Shown: in pieces, positions 10,561 to 23,009 of the stretch
Layout: each line of letters opens with the position of its first letter
Numbering within the stretch: position 1 is the first letter of the stretch
Assembly: GCA_013239625.1 (NCBI GenBank)
Contig: MU053472.1
Coordinates: forward strand, 2,341,922-2,390,023
Direction of reading: 5' to 3'
DNA from: Lama guanicoe
Lineage: Eukaryota
DNA length: 48,102 bases
Translations under genes and position numbers: made by a program
The notes under the pieces: model-generated
What the model was told of the DNA's origin: nothing
What the model saw: only the letters and a program-made list of their open reading frames with translations
The model's database searches: none

Positions 10561-13500
10561 TTTATCTATGAACTATGCAAAGGGCAAATCTCTGTTTTTA
10601 AAACATTCACACATCATTACACAAAAACCTAGAAATTGCTAGAAATAGAATAAAGCATAAAGAGTTCATAACCTATAAAAGCACGTCAGCAAATCCAAGG
10701 ACAAGAAGGCACGATCAGCTGAGGGCTACTAGTTCTCCTAAAGCTTTGTATTCAGTTGTGTTAGGGGAAGCCACCTGTTGATCCACCAAGGTATTAAAAA
10801 TAAAAATTAGGAGAAAATTTCATCTAGCCTTTTTTATTTGCTTTATTTCCTATATTATTTTCAGTTACTTTGGCTAATCTCTACTACTCTTTTTTATCGT
10901 TCGTGCCATGTCAGCGTCCTCACATCATGATGCCATCTTTTATTTTTGTTTCTACTGTAGTAAAGATAGCAATGGTTAGGAGTTGGAAAACTTGCCTCCT
11001 TCCTTGCTAATTAATTGTCTGACATTGGGCAACCTTCAAGGTCCATTGTTCTCACGTGGCGAGGCATCAAAAGAGTAGTTAAACCAGAAACCTTTAAAGA
11101 TTCCTCGGACTCATTGATTATACCACTTCTAAGGTTCCTTTCAGCTCTGAAATCTATGATTCTGGGGTCCAGAGACAGGTGGAAATATGCCAAGTATCTT
11201 TCATACTGAGTCTGATACAGAATGAGTTTAATAATACGACATTCACCATTTCTTCAGTCCAAGTATCTTCCACACTATTCTGAAAGCTTATATTTTTTAC
11301 AAAATGTTAACTAAGGTGCCTTTAGAGTCTATAGTTATGGTCTGTTAAATCTCAACAAAAAATAGATATTCTTTCATACCTAAAATAACTTTTAGAATTA
11401 TTTCTAGAGCTAGTTAAGATTATTTTTTTCTTAAATGAAACAAAATTTAACTTTTAGCAGGTAAGTGCATCGCTTTTCCAGTACAGGAGCATAAAAGAAA
11501 CAGTGAACAAAAACACATGTGCCTTTGGATCAAGCCAAAAAATCAGAAAGTTTACACTTTAAGGGCACTTAGAATGACACTCTTGTGCAGGTTGATAGCA
11601 AAACCAGAAAAGCTCATCCATTTTAGCAGTGTAATACAACCCTGAGGGGAGTCTGTCAATTGAAGCGTTATCACACTTTATAAACTCTTTTTCACTCAAG
11701 CTGTCGGTTATCCATTTATCATTTCGGTTTGGTAATTCAGCCACAGTAAACATAGACACCTTTAGAGACTTTGTAATTGGCCCTCATTACAATACCAAAT
11801 TACCCTGAGGGCTTGAGAACAAGAAAAAGAATGTTCATGTACGCCTATGTGCTAGGCATTCTGAGGCAGAATTAGCTCAAAACAACCACAAGGAGAAATC
11901 TTCCATTATTTATATTGTTAATATTCAAAAATAAAAGACTTGTCTACATTAAAACAGAAACTAAAGGCCAATGAAAAATTCTGAACTTTCAAAGCTATTG
12001 GATTTTTATTTTTACGTGACTCAAACTTATGAGAGTAAAGATCAATCAAAAAACATAACCAGCACTGCAGGAGTCTAGAGGATTACATAAAATAAGACTA
12101 TTTGCTTTCAATACATAATCAAATTTTATAATTGGTTTTACCAATGAGATGAAAATTCATAATAAATTACATAATAATTTTCTCAATAACAAGTAGTAAA
12201 AAGATAATGACAGCGCCAGTAAGTCTTCTTGCATAGACTTGCATTATAGCTAAAAAACAAATTGCAAGCATTTGAGGAATTCAGTTGTATCAGTCACCGA
12301 AACAAGTTTACTTAACCATAAAATTTATAGAATTTTATTATGAAGAGCCTTTTCTCTATTTTTTTTTAGCATTTGATATTTTAATGTTTCATCTCTCCTT
12401 GAATAGAACTTTTTAAATATCCAGATTGAAAACATTTCACAGTTCCTCAGTTAGTTAAAAAGAACTTATATGGAAACAGATATGCTCAGAGAACTTCAAC
12501 AGTGGTCTGGATTCAATAATTCTGTATATTTTCCTGGCTCTGAATAAGTCACTTAAGTTTTTTCATTGAAGCCCCTTAGTACTTATTCTTTATATTCTCA
12601 TGTTTGAATATCTACTGAAGCATCTTTTGAATAACTCCAAATAAAGCTTGAATAAATTTCCATCTAATAAGAAAGCACTGAGAAAGAAAAGCATAATACA
12701 AAATAATCTATTCACATTTATATGGTAGGAGGTGATATATATCAATTAGATGAAACTCTAGAAGCTATAGCTATTAGCCTTTTGTGTAGAAATAACTATG
12801 TTTGACAAAATACTCGTGAAAGATAGAACAACTTTCAAAATACATTGAAATATCATTGGTCATTTCATGCACTACCAGTTTATGGTTCACCAATAATTTC
12901 TGGGTATAATTCCAGACTTGTAAAACTTCAATTTTAGAGTAAACTAGTTATCAAATAGGTACACAGGCTACCAAACTAATACTGCCAAAATATTATTTAA
13001 AAAATCAAGTCTTTAGTAAGAAAGATTTCTTTGTTTCCACCTAGCCAAAATTCGTATTATTCTAGATTTTCCTTGAAAACTTTAAAAACCATAAAAAACA
13101 TATCTTTCCATAGTAATTTAATTTTTGAAAGAAAAGTTTGTACTAATCAGAATTATGAGACAGTATAGTCATTATACATCTAATCCAATTAAAAAACATT
13201 TTAAAATTTACTCAGAGAGAGCCTAAGTAAACTATCTCATTCTGAAGGTTTTAAATATGTAAAACATATTAATTAGATCTAATTTGAGTAAATCATTTAA
13301 ATACACTTATATTCTCATATAACATTCATGTTTAATTATTTTTGGTAGAAAGATTTAAAAGAAGAAAATAAGAAGATATCTGACTAAAATGGAAATTAAT
13401 TTTCAAGGAATTAAATAAATACCCCCAAGCTTTAGGACCAAAACTTTAAGCCCATAATTTTAAACTTGAATAAAGATTTTCTTATGATAAAATTAACTTT

Positions 13501-13655
13501 TAAAAAATCAACACTAGAAATTAATTTGATTTTCATAAGTTACTTGATTATCACTGTAAATGTACACATAAAAAATAAAATGAACACATTAAAAACTGAA
13601 TAATTTTAATCTTTTCAGTCTAATTTTTTCTTTAAAATAAATGAACTTTACTTAC

Positions 13656-13946
13656 ATTTTTTCCATCCAGGAATTCCATGCACTTTTCATTTCTGTTGAA
13701 GTTACCTACTACTTCAGGATGGACACAAGTATGATCTCTGCTGGAAAGAATAGTCATTGGGACCCCTGAGTATGCAGTCCTCCGGAGCTCTCTAGTAATC
13801 TGAGCAATCTGCTTGTGTGTGCGTGTCCCAAAATATATTTTGGGTATCTTGAATTTCCCCCCATGATCCTTCTTAGTGGTATTTGAAGAATCTTGACTGT
13901 TTCCTTGTTTAGTAGAACAACAGCACCTAGAACACTGACCAGGGGG
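13656..13946 (-). CDS. BRIP1: BRIP1 coding exon (human exon 7 equivalent), motif Ia and the first two Fe-S cysteines
   Basis: Translates [10 protein letters not shown]...[22 protein letters not shown]...[30 protein letters not shown]. ttacag acceptor and GTAAGT donor. Length 291 nt. Confidence 0.98.
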
Positions 13947-15013
13947 CTGTAACAAAGGAAAGAAAAGATAACTAGTGTCTGGACTACCATAAAAATTGTT
14001 ACCAAACCTCTCACGGAATCAAAACTATAAATAGTGAATCACAACTATCAAATAAAGAGAAATTTCAAGCCGTTTCATCATCTAAAACTTGCCAGTGAAG
14101 AAAAAAACTACAAATTCAATTTCAAATTGGTTCTTTTTCACTCTTAAAAGTTATAAATGATGTTTCCATATTTGCATTGGTTTCTAACACACTACAACTC
14201 TCAAATTCCAAATGTTTTAAGTATACTTTAATTCTCCTCTTCTGTACACTATAAAAATAACACAAAATGGAGGATGGTTTTCATTTCTGCTTAGGCTTCA
14301 AGTAACCTTGTGATACTACAGTTTAGAATTGACAGTGCTATTTTTGTTCACAGCACAGCCCAATCAAATATCTTAAATATAGCAATATTTTTAAAGCATT
14401 TTAAATATAGCTCATAAAAGAATAGAAATATCAAGTTGAATCTAAAGCATCACTAAAAAACAAAACGAGGAAATTATTCTCTAGTACAGATATAAAAATG
14501 AATGCAAACTATTAATATTTAATAATGAAGGCAGGTTGCTTGTGTGGAACAAGTATATCTGAAATTCAATTACCTGTCACGGAATGTAAATCCATCGGTA
14601 ACTTCTCATTCAGGATAGCCTTTCTGGACAATTTTACTCTTATTTCAGTTTCATAATTAAAACAGTTATATAAATGTCTCCTTAAGTACACCATTTGGAA
14701 CATCAGGAGTATATAGTTTAATATACCTGCTTTTTTCCTCCTGTTTCCAAAACTTTCAAAAATAAAAAAAAAAGCTTTATGCTGTTTATTAGAACCCATG
14801 GGTTCTTAAAAACTGCTCACTTCTGAACCTCAATTACTCTACAACTGAGACAGAATGCTGCCTCATTTAAAAGAAATACCATGAAATGGTTAGTTTGTAG
14901 GAACGGTCACTGACGGGGAAAAAAAGCAAAATAGCACAGTAGCTTAAGAAAATTTGTACTAGAGTTTTAGTTTAGTAGAACAAATATACCATTTAACTGA
15001 AGTTTTTTTTTTT

Positions 15014-15667
15014 NNNNNNNNNNNNNNNNNNNNNNNNNNNNNNNNNNNNNNNNNNNNNNNNNNNNNNNNNNNNNNNNNNNNNNNNNNNNNNNNNNNNNNN
15101 NNNNNNNNNNNNNNNNNNNNNNNNNNNNNNNNNNNNNNNNNNNNNNNNNNNNNNNNNNNNNNNNNNNNNNNNNNNNNNNNNNNNNNNNNNNNNNNNNNNN
15201 NNNNNNNNNNNNNNNNNNNNNNNNNNNNNNNNNNNNNNNNNNNNNNNNNNNNNNNNNNNNNNNNNNNNNNNNNNNNNNNNNNNNNNNNNNNNNNNNNNNN
15301 NNNNNNNNNNNNNNNNNNNNNNNNNNNNNNNNNNNNNNNNNNNNNNNNNNNNNNNNNNNNNNNNNNNNNNNNNNNNNNNNNNNNNNNNNNNNNNNNNNNN
15401 NNNNNNNNNNNNNNNNNNNNNNNNNNNNNNNNNNNNNNNNNNNNNNNNNNNNNNNNNNNNNNNNNNNNNNNNNNNNNNNNNNNNNNNNNNNNNNNNNNNN
15501 NNNNNNNNNNNNNNNNNNNNNNNNNNNNNNNNNNNNNNNNNNNNNNNNNNNNNNNNNNNNNNNNNNNNNNNNNNNNNNNNNNNNNNNNNNNNNNNNNNNN
15601 NNNNNNNNNNNNNNNNNNNNNNNNNNNNNNNNNNNNNNNNNNNNNNNNNNNNNNNNNNNNNNNNNNA
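15014..15667. other. Assembly gap (654 N)
   Basis: Run of N preceded by a T11 tract. Confidence 1.
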
Positions 15668-18216
15668 AAAAATTCAACATACAAATAGAAAGATGCAAAA
15701 TAAGTCAACCTCCACAAGAAATAACTCGCAGACGTTCTTACAAACGTATCTTCCATATTTTTTTCAAGTAAAAAGGGATGCTACTCTGTAGTCTGATACC
15801 TTGCTGCTTTGTATTCAAACATTCTAATTTTCAAAAGGGGTACCTGCGCTAATAATTTTAAAAAGGAATCTGCTTATGTTAAAATGTTATGCTAGTAGCT
15901 ATACTAACAAAAGCAAAAGATAAGAACTAGTTTCCGAAAGCTTTTCCCATCAGAGCAGCTTTATTTAAGTGGCTTAAATTTGTTTTTCACTCCATAATTG
16001 AGAAAATTATAAACCATGGCTAACTTTACATTTAAAATGTTTTTTGTTTGTTAAGTCTTAAGGTGCTCTGAAGTAATTATACCATCTATGAATTCAAGGG
16101 TGATTCCTCAAGAAGATGCTTTTTCAGTGGGTGGGTTGGCACGTAGAGAAGATGGAAATTAAGAAAGCCCATTTTTTTTTCATTTGCAATATTAAAGAGG
16201 AATTATCTCTTCAGAAGTGATCTATTGACATTTCCATTTAAAGGATCTGGTGTAATCATATTTGAAGATGGGAAAAACTGACTGTGACAATAGAAGAGAG
16301 GCTTCAAAAAGATATTTATTTAGTAATGAAAGAAAGTTATTTGTACCAAAATCAGCAACTTTCAATTCGGTAAGAAAACTTAGAAAGAATCCTGAAAACA
16401 GCAATGACAGGAAGTCACAGTACCCTCCAGTCCAAAGCAGGCTAACACTTTCTGGCCTCTCTCTGAAACCCTTTGACCTAGAGGTCTTGAAACAATAGAT
16501 GAACAAAATTAAGTATTTTTGTTTTCATTTAGTATTTCTCCTGCTAATGAACGATCAGGTTTATCTTTCATAGAGATGTTTTCCTTTTGCTTCTGCTCTT
16601 TAAATTTACAGAGATTGTACTAGGAAACTGGAGAATAAACTGGAGAATTAACTAAAAAGTATTCTCTCTTATCTAATATAGCTGAACGTCAAGAAAGATA
16701 AAACACATGGGCTCCCAAACCTGTAATCTCTAAGATCTGTAAGTAGCTACGCTGTATGGCAGAACCAAACTTCAGGAGATGGTCTCTAGCTTTTTCTCAT
16801 AGCTAGAAACTGTCTAGAGTTCTTTACTTGAACAAAAGGCAAGAAAACCTAACCAAAATAACAGCAAAAAAAAAATTTTTTTATCCTTTAAAGAGGAACA
16901 CAGGAGATCCATGTAGATGTATTATTTCCACATGCAGGAGTCAAAAGTTCAAAAACACATTTCAAATCTACAAAAGCCAAAACTGTTCTTAGAAGTACAG
17001 CAACCAAGGATTTTAGAAATTTTTCTTTGTATCTAACAATTTCTATCTATTCCCTCCCTTGTCCTACTATATAGAGAAATATATTTAAATTTTTTGAAAG
17101 GATGAAGAAGGAATATAATATTTGATCTTGAAAGGCCAACTTGAGGCCTTGTCACTATTCCTTTCACAAAGCTGTAATTAGAAGGTCAAGTAGATTAAGA
17201 TACTACAACATCAATCTCTAAAGTGACATAGCTTTCTCCAGCCTCTCCCACAACAATGAAAATTATTATGCCTAAATACTTGAAAAATAAAAATGAGCAT
17301 AGTCACCAAATAAGCTTAAAAATGGAAAATAATACAGGAACAGTTAGAAACTACTGCACTGCCAGAGAAGTTACTTTGTGAATTCATACATCAGGGGAGC
17401 ATCTAAAAGGAAGCTATGAACCAAATTCTAAAAGCAGGCATAAAAGGATACATTCAATATGGAAAATAAGTACATAAAGAAGAAGAGAGGAAAAGAGACC
17501 AAAAAGAAGCTTATTTGTATGAAATAAAGGGAAAACTAGGTCCATGAAACAATAACATACTTTTCTGTAACTTTCCGTATGTGCATGTTGTCTTTCAACC
17601 ACATTGCAAATTCCTTGAGGAGAGAAACTACGTCTTACATTTCTTTATATAACTCATTCATTGAGCATGGTATTTTGCACATAACTGTAACTTAAAATTT
17701 TTTTTAATTGATGGAATGTGACTAATGTCTCTAAACCAAGTTACTGGATCCATGCACCATATTTTATTTATCTGATAGATGCTAAATTGATGCTCTAATT
17801 TGAAGTTCATCACATATCAGAAAGTCACCTCAAAATAAAAAGGTTAGCTTTTAAAAGAAAAAGTACAGGACAATTTGTTTTTTTTTCAAGAACAAAAAGA
17901 AAAATCATCTTGTTATGCTAATATCTGGGCTACTTTAACTGTGAGTTACAGACACATATCCTGATATATTCATTATTAATAACTATCATTTATTAAGGCT
18001 GTCCCTGTGCTAAGCACTTTACATGAATTATCTCATTCATTCATTCAAGAAACATTAGAATTCCTGATATATCAAGCCAAGTAGACGACAATAGCCAGGG
18101 TCACTTCATCTCACTGACAATGAGTCCTTCACTTTTGAATTGTTCTACAAAGTGTATTATTGAATTTAACAATACCAGTTTCACTCATGAGTTAAACAAC
18201 TAAAATTAGTACTCTA

Positions 18217-18319
18217 GAGGGGAGGGTAATAGCTCAGTGGTAGAACACGTGCTTAGCATGCATGAGATCCTTGGTTCAATCCCCAGTAACTCCATTAAAA
18301 AAAAGTATTAAAAAATTAC
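18217..18319 (+). mobile_element. tRNA-Ala-derived SINE (vic-1-like), short form
   Basis: A box (tagctcagtggtag), B box (ggttcaatccc) and cttagcatg anticodon-arm relic. TSD aaattag(t/c)actcta at 18203-18216 and 18320-18333. Confidence 0.88.
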
Positions 18320-18579
18320 AAATTAGCACTCTAAGTGCATTATTTTCTGAATGCAACTACAAAATATTCTTAATGGCAAGCTATAAGAACTATTTTACCT
18401 TGTTATTAGTTGACACTGAAGTCAAATATTTTCTAACAAGATAGACATATGTTCCACAAGGGAAAAAACCAGCAACTCTCAAGTAAGAGACTCTTCAGAG
18501 CAAACACCACCAAACTTCTTCAGTAAAGGACCAGAGAGTAAATATTCTAGGTTTTGTGGGCCATAAAGTCTCTGTCCCT

Positions 18580-19330
18580 ATACAGGAAAATATCTTTATG
18601 ATCCCAATATAGGAAAGGATTTCTTAAACAATACATCAAAAGCACAAATGACTGAAAAACACAATCTCATTAAAATGTAAAATTTCTATTTACAAAGCCA
18701 CTCCCCTTTTTAAAAAAAAGGTAAAAGTGGCACAGACTGGGAAGATTTCTGCACTGCATATAACCAACTAAGGATAAGTATTCATAACATATAAAGGATT
18801 CCAACAAATCAATTGTAAAAAGACCCAATAAAAGAACAAGAATCCAGAAACAAGAAAATCACAGAAAAGTGGAAAGGCCAATAAACATCTGAAAAGATGT
18901 GCAACCTAATGCTCAACCTCATTACTAATTAGAAAAATGCTAATGAAAACCATAATTAGATTCCATTTCACATCCACCAGACTAGGTGTTAGAGAAGATA
19001 TAAAGCAACTCTCTCACACACTGATGACCCAAGTATAAAATGGCGTATCCACTTTGGAGAACATGGGTGATCTAGTGAAATCAAGGATACATAGACCCTT
19101 TGGACCCAGCATGACACTGCTAAGCGTACACACTGGAGAAACTTGCACATTAAAACAGGTACAATAGGGATATTCTTTGCAGCGTGGTTTTAATAGTGAA
19201 GAAGGCAAGCTAAGTGTGACAACAAAAGAATTGATAAATTGTGGAGTTTTGTCCACCAATGGACTATATATAATCAAAAATATGAACCAGAGTTGCATGT
19301 ATCAACATAAATATCAAAAAACAATGTTGA
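18580..19330 (+). mobile_element. Old L1ME-type ORF2 3' relic
   Basis: Degenerate L1 motifs (aggaaaggatttcttaaac, aggccaataaacatctgaaaagatg, ccactttggagaaca). Confidence 0.65.
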
Positions 19331-21229
19331 ACGGGTTGAGTACGACTTAAATAAAATTTCATTCTCCCCATAAACCTCCAAACAAATTGATGATACAAAT
19401 ACCTATAAAAACTTTAGGTAGCGAATTAGAAATACCCACTATAATAGATAATTCTTGGAGCTAAGGATTGTAGTGGACAACATACCTGAAAAATGCTAAG
19501 AAGTATTTCAAAAGAAACCTAGAATGGCAAATACACTCTATTCTGGCTTCTCCTCGGTGGCTTAGTATTTCCTGACCAAAAATTCTCAACCTAATTTATT
19601 AGGAAATATGTTCTTAATTTAGGGTCTGTGGACTGTTACAGAGGAGAGGGTCTGAGATCACCCAGAAACTACAGACACAATTTTATATGCATTTTTAGAA
19701 AGTGAGTCTATAACTTTCATCACATGTCAAAGAAGATTGTGACTTATTTAGGTAAAGGCTTTATTCCAGAACTTATGTCTGATTTTACAATGGAAATAAA
19801 ATAGAAGGAGCATTTTCTTTACAACCAACTTGGCCAGACACATTTACTCCATAAAGGAATAAACAAGTTGACAGTCCAAAGAAGGTAATTTTATAAAGGT
19901 TCTTCTACTGCTTATAAATTCATTTCTCCTTTAATGTTTGTTAATTACATAATAACATAATCCTAAAACAATTCACTAATGCGTATTTCTAATTCCATTT
20001 TACAGGTGAAAAAAGTAAAATCTAAAGTCTTCAATTTGTTACAAAATACATGATAAATTTACAAGAATTTGGAATTCATAACCTTGAATTTTAAAACAAA
20101 ATTCTAATAGGGTCATTCTTATTTACCATTAACTTGGCAAAAAAGCAAAATACTGCCCTTTTTATTTCAAAACATCATGCACATAAAGAGCTAGTGTTAA
20201 AAAGTCAATGAATATAGAATTATACTATGATCTTTGAAGCACCAAAAAAAGGCTTTACTGTTAACCTTTATCACACATTTGCTGCTGTCCAAGCCATCTA
20301 AACAGGTACTGAATGCCTGTTGTGCAAAATCTCACATAAGCACACACTCTAGTAAGATAGGAAAAGTGACGTAACTATACCTTTTCAACTATTCTTTTTT
20401 AAGAATTCAAACAGTAGTACTCTACTGCCAGTTTCATGATTAAACTGCACAAAGCAGCTGTTTATCCACTCACAGCAACCAGCAGGTGAACCTGATTCAA
20501 TATTTATCACAGGCTTTCACAGATCACTGCTAACCAGGCAAACGTTTTAATTAAGCTGGAACCTGCTTCAAAGAGCTCATTCACGATGTCAATCAGCAGG
20601 GAAGGGATCAGATACAGTGTCAGGTGAGAGTGTGTAATACAAATCCACAACTTTCTTCATCCCATCGCTGTAAATTAGCCTGCTCTAAAGTTCAGACTCT
20701 GATTGTAACAGACTGCCAGTCTCCTGGAATGTGTAACTGAAGTCACTCAAATTCTATTGTGAAGGTTGTAAGCAATATGTTAAACTGCAATGGGCTAGCA
20801 CATTAAGACAGATCCTTTTCACGGCTGTTTTTTGATACCATAAGTGTTTGTTACCCTACTCTCCGCTTACTGTTTACTTTCTTGCCTAGTGTAAATGGGA
20901 ATTCCTTAACACAGTTGCCCCAGTTTCTGAAAAGTTTATGTTTCAGTAGAGTTAATCAAGAAAGACCCAAAGTGCTATCATTTTTTAATCTAATTTTGTA
21001 CTAGGACAATCATATTCTATAAGACTTTTCAGTTTAAGAACAAACATATCATAAAATGACCAACCTGCTGGAATGCAAAACTTCTCCTGGTATAATAGCA
21101 CTTTATACAGATGTGACTATAGTAATGAGTCTCAAAGTATAGTGATTCAGTCACACTGACCCAACGTCATGAGAAATACCTGGGGTATTTACAACAATAA
21201 CAACAATTAAAGAAAAAAAAAAGGAAAAA

Positions 21230-21880
21230 AGAAGAATCAAAGAAAGGAAATGGAGAAAAAAGGGAAAGCTCTTCCTTAAACAAGAATGCTAGTTAAAAAT
21301 TGTCAGACGGAATGATAGAATTTTTAAATCACCATTTTGCGGCTCCCATGCAATAACTGATTCCCGTTAGCTATCAAAATAGATGCTAAAATCATTGGGT
21401 AAAAGTTGCTGGGGAACAAGATATGCACATAGTCTCCAAGATTACTTATTAATCCACCCCACAGATTACTTATTAATGACAAAAGAAAAATATGCTTTAT
21501 AATGGAGACCTGGTAGTCATCACTTTAACCAAGTGGTAACACCTGACATTAGCATTAGTGAGACAAACTGGCGTCATATATCTCTTGATGTGATACAGTA
21601 AGAAATATACTTACATGTTCTTCTTGAACAAAACTACATGATTATAAAATCCAAACAAGCCATGAATCAAAAAGAACCAAAGAATAGATAAACTGTGGTA
21701 AAAAGACATGGTTGGTGAAAATTAATCCAACTGCACTTATGATAATTGCACTTGTATGTTATATTTCAAAAATCCTATCCCTCAGGATTGCATGAAATTT
21801 TTATTTTCCCCTTTATAGTATAGAACTTTGGGATTTTTCAAACTTTCTTCAATGAATCTTTTAAAATGAGAAAACAAAGC
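21230..21880 (+). mobile_element. L1MC/L1ME 3' UTR relic
   Basis: Contains ttataatggagacctggtagtcatcactttaaccaagtg and related L1MC-like 3' UTR motifs. Confidence 0.5.
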
Positions 21881-22022
21881 CATCCTGTGACATCACAACT
21901 TCCACATACTGACTGAAATGCTATAAACAAAGCCTATACAAAATAGAGATTTTTGTTTCTTTCACCACCATTAAAAATCAGTAGACAAGTTTTTATCAAT
22001 ATACAAATACAAACCTCTAAAG

Positions 22023-22214
22023 CAGCACTACCCAATAGAATTTTGTGATGATGGAATGTGTTATATCCACACTATTCAATACACTTGCCACCAGCCACAT
22101 GTGGTTATGGAGAACTAGAAATGTGACTAGTACAACTGATGAGTTGAATTTTTATTTTAATTAATTTAAGTAAATAGTCACATGTGGCTAGTAGCTACCA
22201 TATTGGAAGTATAG
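22023..22214. mobile_element. MER3-like hAT/Charlie MITE
   Basis: Reads ccaatagaattttgtgatgatggaa...ccagccacatgtgg...gtcacatgtggctagtagctaccatattgga, with internal inverted symmetry. Confidence 0.8.
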
Positions 22215-23009
22215 GTTCTAAATGCTGCCACAGGACCAAAGAGAAAATTTTGGCTTAGACCAGTATTCAATCCAGCGCCAAACTTCCAATGGAACTCAAA
22301 TCCGCAGTCTTAAAATTTCCTGTTTCAAAAAAGCTATATTACTTGGTGAAAACAATGTTAAAATTAACAGTAATTATCATCACAAGTTCTAAATCTAGTC
22401 TGGAAAGTAAACTAATGAGAATAAGCAAAAGTTCTCAGAAAAAGAAGATGGGTAAGAATGGCGTATATTCTTATAGATGTAAGAACTTAGTGTATATAAT
22501 AAAGATATTACACTAGGCACCTCTTCAGACATGTGCCCAACCCTTTCTTCTGCAAAGAGTCCATTGTCTATAGTCCCTGCTAAAAAGGTGGATCTAGTGT
22601 CTACATTCATATGACTATGCCTAAATATACTCCCAGGCATAGCAAAACCAGTAAGATTCACTTTCTTAGGAATTTGTATTTGGGGCATTTAGACTGAGTA
22701 GATTAACTACAGGGAACAGATCAGAACACTTCAGAGACTTTAAGCCTTCCATTTTGAGATGTCATAGCAAGGTCATATGTAAGATGATAAGTATCCAGAA
22801 AAAAGCAGTCTACAAAAAAATAATGAGAGAACTCTGCAGAGAGAGGCAGAAAAGACACACTTGAGGCCCCAAAGAGAAGAGAGAAGCTGGCAAAAAACTT
22901 CTGAGTTCCAATAAGGGCAGTTGTATTTCTTGCTTGATCTTTCTTTGAGTAGGCTTCTAGACCTAATGACCTTTTCCCCCCTCAAAAAACTAAAAAAAAA
23001 AAAAAAAAA

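Noticed and set aside
10448..10637. Minus-strand pseudoexon with a strong AG|GTAAGT donor
   Set aside because: The body is mostly microsatellite, and there is no support beyond the dinucleotide context.
14959..15756. The two longest ORFs in the track (265 and 243 aa)
   Set aside because: They are artefacts of translating the N gap.
16222..16506. Opposing 78-aa and 94-aa ORFs in intron 6
   Set aside because: I recognise no homology, splice context or retrocopy hallmarks.
22395..22900. 97-aa ORF with plausible-looking composition
   Set aside because: It appears to lie in a degenerate LTR-like segment and has no identifiable protein motif.
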